Shown: positions 13,017 to 25,310 of the stretch, in pieces
Layout: each line of letters opens with the position of its first letter
How positions within the stretch are numbered: the first letter of the stretch is position 1
From: Cycas panzhihuaensis
Lineage: Eukaryota > Plantae > Cycadophyta
Direction: 5' to 3'
Length of the DNA stretch: 64,000 nt
Assembly (NCBI GenBank): GCA_023213395.1
Contig: CM041465.1
Location: forward strand, 164,369,741 to 164,433,740
The notes under the pieces: model-generated
Databases searched by the model: none
The model's input: the letters and a program-made list of their open reading frames with translations, nothing else
What the model was told of the DNA's origin: nothing
Program-made: the position numbers and the translations under genes

Positions 13017-16000
13017 ATGGAGAAACTCATAAGTTCCAAATATTACACAATTTAGAAGCACCACATGTTTAGTTTTTTTCACCTTAATGACCTTTGGAAA
13101 CATGTTGATAAATTAGTTAAGGAAACTGATGCAAAAGAAATCACAACTTTTGAAATTAAACTTTCTACTTATATAGCTTTCAAAGTAGAATATGAGTAAA
13201 AAATGAGGGCCATGTTCGAGTTTCTTAGCATGTCGATTAATGGGAGTGTCATTATGCACATTAAGGGAGCAACGACAATAAAGTGGATGTAGAACACAGT
13301 GGTGAATCCTTTTGAATACAAGGAAGATGTAAGAGTTCTTAATATGTGGAATCAATTATACATTCTAAAGATGACCAAAAATGTTGTAGATCATATACGA
13401 TATGTGAAATCCATTTAGGATCAACTGGTAACTATAGACGAAATAATCTCTGATTCAAAATTTATTACATGTATACTGAGGAATTTACCACCTTAGTATA
13501 AAAATTTTACTGTCAACCTTACTTTGGTAGACAAGTTGTCCACACTTACAATCGGATCTTTGGAATCTTTGCTTATGGAACTTGAACAAAAGTTAAAGTA
13601 CATGTATGGAGAGTCATCTGGAGCATTTTCATTCAGATCAAAAGAGGAAAAGATATGTTCTAAAGAAAAATGTGTCTGCTAAACCCACAGTTCAAAAGGA
13701 CAAATCAGGAGGTTTAAAAGGATAATATAGGGTAAAGTGCTACCATTGTGGTAAATTGGGCTACATCAAGATAGACGATTGGGAATGGCAAGATCTGTAA
13801 TGACAGTAGCAACTCCAACGATAAAAGTAGCAATAACAACAACGACAATAATGACTACCTGGCCAATGTGGTCACATCATAAACCCAACAAACAACTCAC
13901 CTGCAAAAATTTTAAAACGATTGTTTGTTGCAATATACAAAATAGAATCAAATGGACAGGATGTATGCTTCACTGATTATAGTGTATCACAACATATGAT
14001 TAAGAGGCTTGAATGTTTTTTTCAAATGTGGAAAGTACACCAAAATGTCACCATTGGATATGACATCAATTTGGAGCCCAGAAGAGTAGTTAAAGTGCCA
14101 ATAATCATGGCAAAAGAAGAGCAACAATACTTAGATAATGTGTTGTATGTACCAAATCTAAAGGCAAACCTTGTTTTTGTTGGGGAGATCGAACAATAGG
14201 ATATGATTGTAACGTTTTCTCAAGGACAGTGGATTGTCCAAGACAAACAAAATAATGTTATAACTAAGGGTATTAAAGAAAACAATTTGTACAATGTGCA
14301 AGGACACTCTTATGTATAGAGAGTGTTCTTATCTATATCTCCTAAATAGAAGTTATAGCATAAATGCATGGATCATCTAAACTACACCAGTCTCCAACTG
14401 ATGTATAAGTTGAAAATGATGCATGGTTTTCTTATGATTGATAGTAAATGTTGCTTATGTGAATATTGTATATTTGGGAAGTAACATAGAGAGCCACTTT
14501 AAAAAAAGAAGGTATGGAGAGCAAAAATGAAATTAGTATTGATTCACTCGGATATTTGTGAATCAATGCATGTCATCTCGTTAGGCAGAGCAAAATATTT
14601 CATTACCTTCATCGACTTTTCATGAAAAGTTTAGGTCTTTCCAATAAAGGAAAAGTCACAAACATTCACCTATTTTAGACAGTTTAAAGAGATGGTGAAA
14701 ATTTAAAATAACTTAAAGATTAAGATCCTACAAACTAATGATAGTGGAGAATACACCTTGAATAAATTTACACAATTCTTATAAGGATCATGGGATTAAG
14801 AGGCAATTTGCTGCTATTTATACACCTCAGTAAAATGGAGTTGTTAAGAGAATGAATAGAACTTTAATTGAAAAAGTAAAAGCTATGATGCCTAGGAAAG
14901 ATGTAGTTAATTACTTATAGGTAAAAACTATAAATAAAACTATGTATTTGATTAACAGAAGCACTACTAGGGCTATTAGAAATATGACATCTAAAGAAGC
15001 TTGGTCAAGAAGAAAGCCAATTGTAAGTTATCTTAGAATTTTTGGGTGTAAAACATAGATGCACATTTTCAAGGAGAAATAATGAAAGTTGGATGACATA
15101 AGTACAAAATGCATCCTTGTTGGGTATTTTGAGGAGAGCAAAGCATATAGGGTATACGAGTTGTTAACTCGAAAAGTTTGCACAACTCGTGATGTGATAT
15201 TTCAAGAAGATTAGACTCAAAATGTTAGTCCAACAAATGATGAGGACCAACTTGAGGAGTTAGCTGAATGCAATTCTTCACATGATATTGTCCAACTGGA
15301 ATTTAAACCTTTTGACATTGGTGAAGCAATTAAATTAGAATCATTCCAATTTTCTAAAGCTGATTTTGGGCCAAAGACAAAATTGAAGAAAGCATGAGCC
15401 AAAGAAGTTATTAGGTGTAAGGTATTCACCTTCATCATTAAAGATGAAGCTTTCAAAATTGTACTTGAAAACCATGGAAGATGTCGAGAAAATGTTACCA
15501 GAATATGAGGGAAAGGAAAAATAAAAAATGCGAGCCTCTATTCATGTAAATATGGTACTTATGAAAAGTGTGTTGAATTCAAATGAACCATCCATAGTTG
15601 AAGAAGCATTGAAAGAGAAGAAGTGGCATGACGCTATGAAATTTAAAATCCAAGCAGTGAAAAAAAACCACTTATAGAATTTATAGAATCAAGTAAGCAA
15701 TTGGGTGCAAGTGGATCTATAGAATCAAGTTTAAATCTGATAGATCTTTAGACAAGGAAAAATCACAACTTGTTGTTAAAGACTTCGAGCAACAAAAAAA
15801 GATCAACTACCAAGAGACATTCATTTTTATTGTAAAGATTAATACCATTTGACTTATTATGCCAATAACTGCACAATTCAATTGACAACTACACCAAATG
15901 GATATAAAGAGTGCATTTCTAAATGGGGAGTTAAACGAAGAAGTCTACATAGTACAACCACCTGGGTTTGTTAAAAAGGGCCACAAACAATTGGTATGTT

Positions 16001-17100
16001 GATTTAGTAAGGCTTTGTATGGCTTGAAATAAGCTCCTACAACATGGTATAAGAAAATTGATCAATACTTTTAAATGAATAGGTTTAAGAGATCTTTAGT
16101 TGACTCAGACCTATATATTAATGAAAAAAATGATAAAATCATATTTGTGGTGTTGTATGTTGATGACTTACTAATCACAAGTAATGATATCATACTGAAA
16201 AATAAATCTTAGTCATTAGTTTGAGATGACTGATCTGAGAATTTTACATTACTTCCTTATAGTAGAAGTATGGCAGAGGCTTGAATATTTCATCATCTCA
16301 TAAGTTAAGTATAGCTGAAAATTTCTAAAGAAATTCAAAATGGAAAATTGTAAACCTGTGCCTACCACAAAGAAGATAGGTTCTAGATTAATAACAGAAA
16401 ATGGTGAAGTAGATATTGATGCTACATTGTATAGGCAATTGCCAGGAAGTCTAATATATTTGATTACTACCAGACTTAACATATCTTATGCAATTGGAAT
16501 GGTGTCTAGATTCATGGCATCACAAAAACAAAGACATTGGAAAGCTACAAAGAGAATCCTCAAATACTTGAAAGTGACAATATGTTATGGACTCAGATTC
16601 AAGCATAACGATAATTTCAAGTTGACAAGATTCACAGATTTTGATTGGGTCGAATGTGTAGACAATAGAAGGTCAACTTCTAAATATTATTTCAGTAGGG
16701 TTTAACTATAGTCACATGGAGCAACAAAAAATAATCGAGTATTGTTTTATCCTCTACTGAAGTGGAGTAACAAGGGTATAATTACAACATATATATAAGC
16801 CATTTGGTTATGTCAGATTCTAGAAGGCATCGGACTAAACAATTAGAACCAAACATCTTATAATGTGATAATCAAGGTATGTTAAAAGATTGCCAAAAAT
16901 TTTGTATTTCATGCTCGCATCAAATATATCAAGGTGCATCATCGCTTCATTTAGGAATTGACTAAAAAATATGTAATAGAGATTATGTATAAGCCTATAA
17001 AAGAATAATTGACTGACATCTTTACCAAACCTTTGGCATGTGACAAATTCCAAACTCTTAGGGATGGTTTAGATGTCAAAAGAAATAAAATAAATATTAA
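13017..17100 (+). pseudogene. Copia-2 gag-pol (disrupted)
   Basis: Zn knuckle CYHCGKLGYI, integrase, RT and RNase H fragments in copia order, with many stops. Confidence 0.85.
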
Positions 17101-17221
17101 GGGGGAGTGTGACAGATTAATGTTTATTTTGAGAGGTCATGGACTCCTCCCCCTTTTGTTTTCTTTTGTTTTATAATATATTAAGATTATAATTATGTGA
17201 AAGTGATGAGTCAATGGGGGG

Positions 17222-17579
17222 TGTGTGCTTCTACCTATCGATACACATAAGTAAACACAAGAGCAACAATATTGCAAGGCCATTTAATTAAGCATTCTGA
17301 ATACACGAATCTATGAGGCGAAAATCATAATCATTTCTATGGTCCTCTCACAACCAGAGACAACCCAGAACAGTACACACAATCACTCAAACAATTTATA
17401 GCAAGTACAATTATGTGGGCAAACTATGTTTTGTACAAAGCAGTAATTATCCCCACCCCACTGAATGCCTTTTTACATTTATGCTTTATCTTTTGTAACT
17501 ACAGCTCGAGTTGGCTGCAACAGCTCATTTGTTAATTCAATTATATTAGTCTAGTTGTAACTACTTTGACCCACATACA
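17222..17579 (-). repeat. 3' LTR of Gypsy-3
   Basis: Direct repeat of 36811-37183; adjacent PPT (tctctcccacc on +). Confidence 0.88.
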
Positions 17580-17659
17580 TCTCTCCCACCACAAAACTTA
17601 CAAGTGTTTCCACTTGTAAGCAACAAAATTTCATAATTAAAATATTACAAAAAAAAAAG

Positions 17660-19480
17660 AGATTAGCCTTCTTGGTCCTTCCTGATTTTCGCCATCTCAG
17701 TGCAAATCCGCTATGAATCAAGCTAATAAACCATACAAGGTGGATTTATGCCCTGCTTCTTGCAATGATCATAGAGTATTACAACATCATGTAATGCTAC
17801 AACATTGCATAATGCTTGCAGTTGGACCATTGTTGGCTTCTCTCTTGAGTGCAGTTGTTCGATTTCCTCTTCTAGTACACTCTTCATTATTTCCACAAAC
17901 AACAAATCTCTTCGTAATGAGGTAATCATCGACCAAAAATGATTGGTGTACTCAGCATCTTCTCGTGTCTACATTATCCAGGCTCTCAATTTACGAATCA
18001 CCTTTTCCAATCCCTGTGGGATTTGCTCGGTGAACAAGGCATCGAAGATTGGTACCAAATGATCTATTCGAGAAGGGTCTCCAACCCAATGTAGAATAAA
18101 CTTGGTCAAATTTTCCAACTTTGCCTCGTAAGCGACCAAGTGATCCTCTGCCTTTTGAATCCTCTACAAATCTGGCAGTGGCCTTTTGCTTCGGGTTTCA
18201 AGTTCACTAACCAGTTGCTGAATGACTTTAGCTAAGAATTAAACCTTTCAATGTGCCATGTTATGTCGTTGACATACCATTAGATTAATTCCTTCCTCAG
18301 TCAATTCCTCATTGTTACAATTGAAGTATACCTCAACCAATTGATTGTTCAAAATTTCAATAATTTCCTTCTTGGCTTTTTCTGTGGTAGCTCTTCTCTT
18401 ATTTCTTCTCTCTTCTTTAGTATTTGCAAGTTTCTCAGGTTGCGAGGTTGGCTAGTGCTCTTCCTCCTCTGCTTTCTTCTTAACCGACACTTCGTCAACC
18501 TTCTACTTCCTTCTTCTGATCTCCTCCTTTTTGTTCTTTTTCTCTTTGGTTCTCTGTTCAACATTCTCCCTTTGATTGTCAGCTGGGGAGGTCACCTCTT
18601 CCCGCTATCGTTTCCCCTTTCTTCCTTCTGATGGTGTCAATTGAAGGCTATTAGCTTGGCTTTTCCTTAAAAAATAATCATTCACTTTGTCTTGAATTTC
18701 ACCACACCAAATGTTTTCTCATCTTCTGAAATAATTAATCCATTCAATCATAATCAATTGTCCTGGTTCCACCGCAAGTAGTTCCAATCCAGGACATTGC
18801 GAGTACAATAATTCATGGAACAAACTCTGATGGTAAAAAACTGCTAATTGTGGACCTACTTTGATGTTATACAAATTTTCTATGAACTTTCCTGAAAAAA
18901 ATGAAGCCCAATTAAATTTATCTTCCTTCGCCACCCGCAGAAATGTTGATCTCATCTCTGTGGGTACATACAATTTTTTTTGGCTTAATATTACTCAAGC
19001 AAAAAAAAGTGAGCTACCCAATGTTGAAGATCATCCACAATACTAGTGATATGAATACCAGATGTAGAAACAACTGATATTTGTGAACCTAACTGTTTCA
19101 TCATTTGTTCCCATGGGATTCTCTTATCCTTGGGCACCTCCTCGCCTAAATCAGGTAACCTTGAAACTTGTGCAATATCCTTCATTGATATATCCAAAAG
19201 ATCATGTTTGTGTGCTAATAGTTGAATCACTGCGGACATAAATTCTGTGATTGCTAGAAACAATCCAATTTGCACACATTATGCAAATCCTACCTCTGTC
19301 AAATTCACTTTTCTTGCATCCTCCTTTAGCATATTACACCAATCATTCATAATTCCTTCATCATCCATCCCTCGGAGATAATCTGAATATCTTTAGTATT
19401 CTTCATCTTGATCTTCTGCAATTGCTTCTGAAGTTTCCTGGTTATTTTTCGCCTTCAAACCTTATTACCTTATAACCTAC
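17660..19480 (-). pseudogene. Gypsy-3 3' accessory ORF (~600 aa reconstructed): plant-transposon-protein/Athila ORF-like N-terminal half, charged linker, coiled-coil C-terminus
   Basis: ORF fragments 18991-19275, 18719-18973, 18349-18564 and 17723-17929 are collinear on the element's sense strand. Homologous by eye to 49656-50750 and 52343-53306. Family assignment is tentative. Confidence 0.7.
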
Positions 19481-19867
19481 CAACCATGCAAAACCATTAT
19501 CATTTCAAATCATGGTTGTAATAACTAAGTTGCAATCCCATTGTACCATCTTTTCTCTCCTCCTATGCATGACGACCACCTATCACTGTATTTGCTCCTT
19601 CAATCATCTTGGTTCGTGTGTTAATTTGATTGCCAAAGATTCCTGCTGAATAGTCACCACCATCATTAACCACTTGTGCCTCATCATTTTCTATTATGTT
19701 TTAACTGTTACTTAATTAATGCAATCATCTTCCATTTTACATAACTTTTTATGGCAATCTTATGCTATGTAATTACACTTAGTTCCATTCTTTTACTATT
19801 TCTGGTTTTGCCTACTTACAATTTTTTTTTCTGTTCTCGATTACATCTAGTTATAATTTTTTATTTT

Positions 19868-20320
19868 TGCCTAGTTGCAATCTTTTATTCTTCCTGGTTG
19901 CAATCCTTTACTCTTCTCAGTTGCGCCTAGTTGCGGTCCTTTACTCTTCTCGGTTGTTCCTGGTTGTGATCCTTTACTCTTCCTGGTTATGCATGGTTGC
20001 AATCCTTTACTCTTCCCAGTTGTGCTTGATTGTGATCCTTTATCTTTCTCAGTTGCACCTAGTTGCAATCCTTTATCTTTTCTGGTTGCTTCTGGTTGTA
20101 ATTCTTTACCTTTCCCAGTTCCGCCTGGTTGCGATTCTTTACCTTTCTTAGTTGCACCTGGTTATAATTCTTTATTCTTTCCCATTGCACATGGTTGCAA
20201 TCCTTTACTCTTCCCAGTTGCACTTGGTTTCAATCCTTTACTTTTTCCGGTTGCGCTTAGTTACAATCCTTTACTCTTCCTGGTTGTGCTTGATTACGAT
20301 CTTTTACTTTTTCCATATTT
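19868..20320. repeat. 33-bp tandem repeat array (consensus ~ctggttgcaatcctttactcttcccagttgcgc)
   Basis: About 13-14 units; gives the 11-aa periodic ORF GCNPLLFPVAL. Confidence 0.9.
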
Positions 20321-20394
20321 TTTATTCTTCTAATTGTAACCTTATTACTTTGTTAGTTGTATCTTTCTACGTCCTATTTGCTATTGTTTTACTC

Positions 20395-21607
20395 CCTCAG
20401 TTGCAACTTTCTGCGTTTCAGGTTACAACTGCTTTATTTCCCAAGCTGTAACCACTTTACCTCTTTAGTTGCAACAGCTTCACCACTGAGTTGTAACTGT
20501 TTTACCTCTTTGGTTGTAACCTTCTGTGCCCAGGTTACAACCTTTTACGTCCAGGTTGCAACCACTTTGTTGGTTACAACTTTTGGTGTCGTTGCAATCA
20601 CTTTGCTTCTCTAGTTGCAACCTTCTGCGTTTAGGTTCTAACTACTTTGCTTCTTGGGTTGCAACCTTCTGCATCCCGGGTTATAACTGCTTTGCTCCCT
20701 AGTTGCAACCTTCTACATCTAAATTGCAACTACTTTTCTTCTTGGGTTGCAACCTTCTGCGCCCCAAATTGCAACCACTTTGCTTTTTGGGTTGCAACCT
20801 TCTACATCTAGGTTGCAACCACTTTGCTTCCCTGGTTGCAACATTCTCCATCCCAAGTTGCAACCGCTTTTCTTTCTCTTGTTGCAACCTTATGCATCTC
20901 GAGTTGTAACTACTTTCCTTCTCTAGTTACAACCTTCTGCGTCCTAGGTTACAACCACTTTTCCTCCCCAGTTGCAACGTTTTACGTTCAGGTTGCAACT
21001 ACTTTATTTCCTTGGTTACAATTTTCTGCATCCGGGTTGTAGCTACTTTACTTCCCTAGTTGCAATATTTTACGTTCAGGTTGCAACTACTTTATTTTCT
21101 TAGTTGCAATTTTCTGCATCCTGGTTGTAACTACTTTGCTTCCCTAATTGCAACCTTTTGCATCCCAAGTTACAACCATTATTCTTTTTCTGGTTGCAAC
21201 CTTCTGCATCCTAAGTTGCAACCACTTTGCTTCTCTAGTTGTTGTAACCACTCTGTGTCTTCGTTTGCAACCTTCGATATCCAGGTTGCAACTACTTTGC
21301 TTCCTGGATTATAACATTCTGCATTTGGGTTACAACCACATTGTTCCACAGGTTGCAACCTTCTATATCCAGATTACAATCATTATGCTTTATAGGTTAC
21401 AACCTTCTACGTCCCAAGTTGCAACCATTCTCCTTTCTCGGTTGCAACCTTTTGTATCCTGAATTGCAATTGTTTTGTTCCATATGTTGCAACCTTCTAC
21501 ATTTCAGGTTACATCTGTTCTCATTTCTTAGTTGCAACTTTCTGTGTCCCAGGTTGCAACAGTTCTCATTTCTCAGTTGCAACCTTCTGTGTCTTAGATT
21601 GTAACTG
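20395..21607. repeat. ~43-bp tandem array of alternating ~21/22-bp subunits, each centred on GTTGCAAC
   Basis: Repeating ggttgcaaccttctgcatccca / ggttgcaaccactttgcttccc pattern. Confidence 0.9.
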
Positions 21608-23389
21608 TTCTGTATCCTTGATCAATTCCTTAAAATTTTACAATTTAAAATTATTGAGAAAAATCAATTCCCATGGTTTTTGTCTCTTTTTTTTTTTTTT
21701 TAACTTACCATATATTGTTTCAGTCGATTTTTGTTGATTATCAAGTGTTGTTCTATTAAGTTGTTAGAGTTGCACTACTCCGTTATGTAAAATTTGATTC
21801 ATCTTATATGGACCAAGCCATCACAGTTTTAACTTCCCTAACTTTATACAAAATTTACTATTATATAGAAATACGAGATCTCCTTCTTGAAATTGTGGGA
21901 CTTTGAAATGTTGATCATGCCATGCTTTTCGTCTCTTATTTTCTACTTTTAATTCTCACAAGGCCCTTGCCCATTTTTTATCTAATTTTATTAAATCTAA
22001 AAATCATTGGTCTCATGAATCATCTTCTGATAGCTGTAATTGAGATGCTACTCACAAACTTTTTGTCTAAAATTTTAGAGGAAGTAGGGCCTCTAATCCA
22101 TAGACCAACTGAAACAGAATTTGTTTATGGGGTCTTTTTATTGTTATCTTATCAGTCCATAGAATATAATGAATACACTCTGCCCAATTTGTTCGTCCTT
22201 GGTTACAAATTTTGGATAATGCCAATTTTAAAATTTTATTTGTACTCTCCACTTGCCTGTTTGCTTGCAGATAGTATGGGGAAGACTTTGAATGTTGAAT
22301 CAAGAACTTCTGTGTAAGATGTTTTATTGTTTCATTAAAAAAACTACCTCCTTGATCAGAAATAATTTCTAATAGGCAACCAAATCGAATAATTATCATT
22401 TCATATAAAAATTGAGTTGTACTTTAGGCATCACATGTCCTCATAGCTTTTGCTTTAGTCTATTTTGTTAAAAAATTAGTAACGACTAGAATATATCTTA
22501 CATTTGTACGCCTGGCCAGTGGACTAATAGCCTTGACAAAATGCAATCCCCATTTTTCAAATGGAGCTTAGGCTAATATAGGACATAAGGGCATAAAATA
22601 ATTCTTTACCGGCTTCCCCACTCGCTAGCATGCATCACAATTACGAACCTATTTTTGTACATCTTCAAAAATTGTGGGCCACTAGAGTCCTGCCAATAGA
22701 ATTTTCTTACTTGTGGACTCGATACCTTAATGTCTCATTGCATCTTCTTCATGAGCTTCTCTAATAATAGTCTCAACTTCGTGCTCCATTATGCATTTTC
22801 TTAAGACTTGATCTGGTCCCATTTTATATAACATTCCCTAGATTAATTGTAAGGGAAAATTTTTCCTAATAAAACTTTGTCATTCTACTTGCTCTATCCC
22901 TCGCAGTGTTTGTCTTGTTGCCAAGTATCGTGCAATGTCCTCGTACCATTTTAAGGATTGATTTGATAGAGAATAATTTTGCATCTGGGAAATCATTGTG
23001 AATCCCAGTTGCCGATTCCCCCTCTACTTCCCTTGATAACAAGTTTGGAATTGTATGCTTGGTACCTTTTTTTACTATGATCTTAAAATTGAATTCTTAG
23101 AACAACATAAGTCACCTGTTAATTCTTCATTGAATAATAGGCTTATTGATTAAATACTGAAGGGTTTAATGGTATAAAAAAAAAATGAATGGATTAGCTA
23201 GTAAATAATATCTAAATTTTTGAAGAGCATATACCATGCCTAAGTCTTCCCGTTCTATCACTAAGTAGTTTCTCTCTACTTCTATTAAATTCTGGCTTGC
23301 AAAATAAATTGGCAAATATGTTTTATCATCTTTTGGTTGTGCTATTACACATCCAATAACAAATAAAGAGGTGCCAACATATACATAAG

Positions 23390-23750
23390 ACAGAGGCAGG
23401 TTAAAGGATTCTTAGGAATGACGATATACTATTTTAAGTTTATAAAAAATTATGCTCAGATAGTTAATCCCCTAGAAATCTTGTTAAAAAAAAAGTTGAA
23501 TGACAGTGGAAGTTACAGTAACAATTGGTGTCTAAATTATTAAAAAGAAAAATAGCTCAAATATCAATTCTTAGATGTTTAGGCTATTTTTCTTTTTAAT
23601 AATTTAAATGCCAACTGTTACTGTAACTTCCATTGTCATTCAGTTTTATTTTTTAACAAGATTTCTAGGAGGTCAACTATTTGAGCATAATTTTTTATAA
23701 ACTTAAAATAGTACCTCGTCATTCCTATGAATCCTTTAACCTGCCTCTGT
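23390..23750. repeat. Long inverted repeat (fold-back) within Gypsy-3 RT/RNase H junction
   Basis: acagaggcaggttaaaggattc... at 23390 is the reverse complement of ...gaatcctttaacctgcctctgt at 23750. Arms ~175 bp, centre ~23570. Confidence 0.92.
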
Positions 23751-24849
23751 TTCTTTGGTACTAGAAAATTTAAAATTACTACTACCTTGTTGAGATCCAT
23801 GAGTAATCAATTCTTTGTCACTACATGACCTAATAAGGTCCCAAATAGTACTATTAAAGTGTATTTTGCAGGATTTAAACATAATTTGTTTCCTTTACAT
23901 GTTTCTAGTATCAAACACAAACAATCAAAATGATCTTTCAATAAAATAAACAATGTCCAATCATCCAGCAATACTTCAATTGGTTTTTCTATTATCCGTT
24001 TTAAAATATTGAGGATTACTCTTTAGAATGTAGTAGGGATATTAGTCAAATGGCATTTCTCTGAATGCATATGTGCCCTATCCTATTACAAACGTCATCT
24101 TTAATTGATCCTCCTATGCAATTCGAACCCGATTGTACCTGTTGAACACATCTATGAATGAGTAAACCTTATACCCTACTACATTTTCCAAAATATCTTC
24201 CATAAATGGAATTGGCAATAAATCTTTTTTTGTTGCCTTGTTTAAGGCTCTATAGTCGACCCAAACTCTGAGCTTCCCATTTTTCTTAGGGACGACTACA
24301 ACAGGACTTACCCATTCACTGTTTTCAACTTCAAAAATATAATCTGCTTCTAATAATTTGTTAAGTTCAACTTTAACTTTTTCCTTGTATTTTAGGTTTA
24401 TGTGGTATGATCATTGTCTTACTGATTTAGCTCCCTCTACCAATTCGATCATATGTTCACCTAGATTAGGTGGAATGCCTTTTAAATCCTTATAGGACTA
24501 GGCAAATACATCCTTATATTCTAAAAATAATGAAATAGCTTGATGTATCATTTCCTCATTTCAGTAATCACCCATAGTGATCATTTGAGGTTGCTCTTCT
24601 ATCCCAATATTGATTTCCCTTGTCTTCAGTTTTTCTCTTTGCAATGTTTTATCATTCGAACTTAATGTATAAGCCAACGTAATATCTATGGTACATTCTT
24701 CGTATTCTAATGCAGAATAACTTGAAGGAATAAATTGTGTTTATTGCAAAATGTTCCCTTCCTCTTCAACCTCAATCTAAAAACAATGCTTTTCTTTTTT
24801 CAGAGTTTTTTCCTTCAATTTTTACAAAATTCCTTTAATGTGTTCATTT

Positions 24850-25310
24850 TGACTACAATACGTAAAAATCTAGTAGAAATTTCCTACTATCACATCCCAT
24901 TCTATCAATTTCATTTTTTCACAGGAGTTATATTAAACAATGGAAATTCCCTTAAAAGTCGCCCCCCAATTTTGAGTCCAATCCTTTTTGGGAATTCCCT
25001 CTACTACCCACTTCTGAACACACTTTTGTATATGTAGATAGGCATCATCCCCATTCCAGAATAAAGGAACTTCATGTTTTTGAAATTGAATTAAAAATTT
25101 TGTACTCATTTCTTGTCAGGAATTAAAATTCTGTGCATATGCATCATACCATAATCGAGCTTGTCCTATCAAATAACATGGAAATACAAGATACCATAAT
25201 TGTTACTGCCATTTATTCTTCATTATATTAATACATTGTTCCAGATGTTTTTCCACTTATTCTGGATAACCATTATATTTAGGTAATTCACATAATATGG
25301 AAGCAATTTT
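24850..25310 (-). other. Two tandem capsid-NTD (retrotransposon Gag)-like domains inside Gypsy-3 Pol between PR and RT
   Basis: Single frame reads LPKYNGYPE*VEKHLEQC...LVFPCYLIGQARLWYDAYAQNFNS*QEMSTKFLIQF, then VPLFWNGDDAYLHIQKCVQKWVVEGIPKKDW...EWDVIVGNF. Confidence 0.7.

Noticed and set aside
17660-19480. Calling the 3' ORFs 'env'
   Set aside because: No signal peptide, furin site or transmembrane anchor is evident, so they are left as accessory ORFs.
19867-21604. Many overlapping Cys/Leu-rich ORFs (GCNPLLF..., LQP...) and a CRISPR-like look
   Set aside because: They are by-products of 33-bp and ~43-bp tandem repeats, open in several frames on both strands. There are no unique spacers or cas genes, and the context is eukaryotic.
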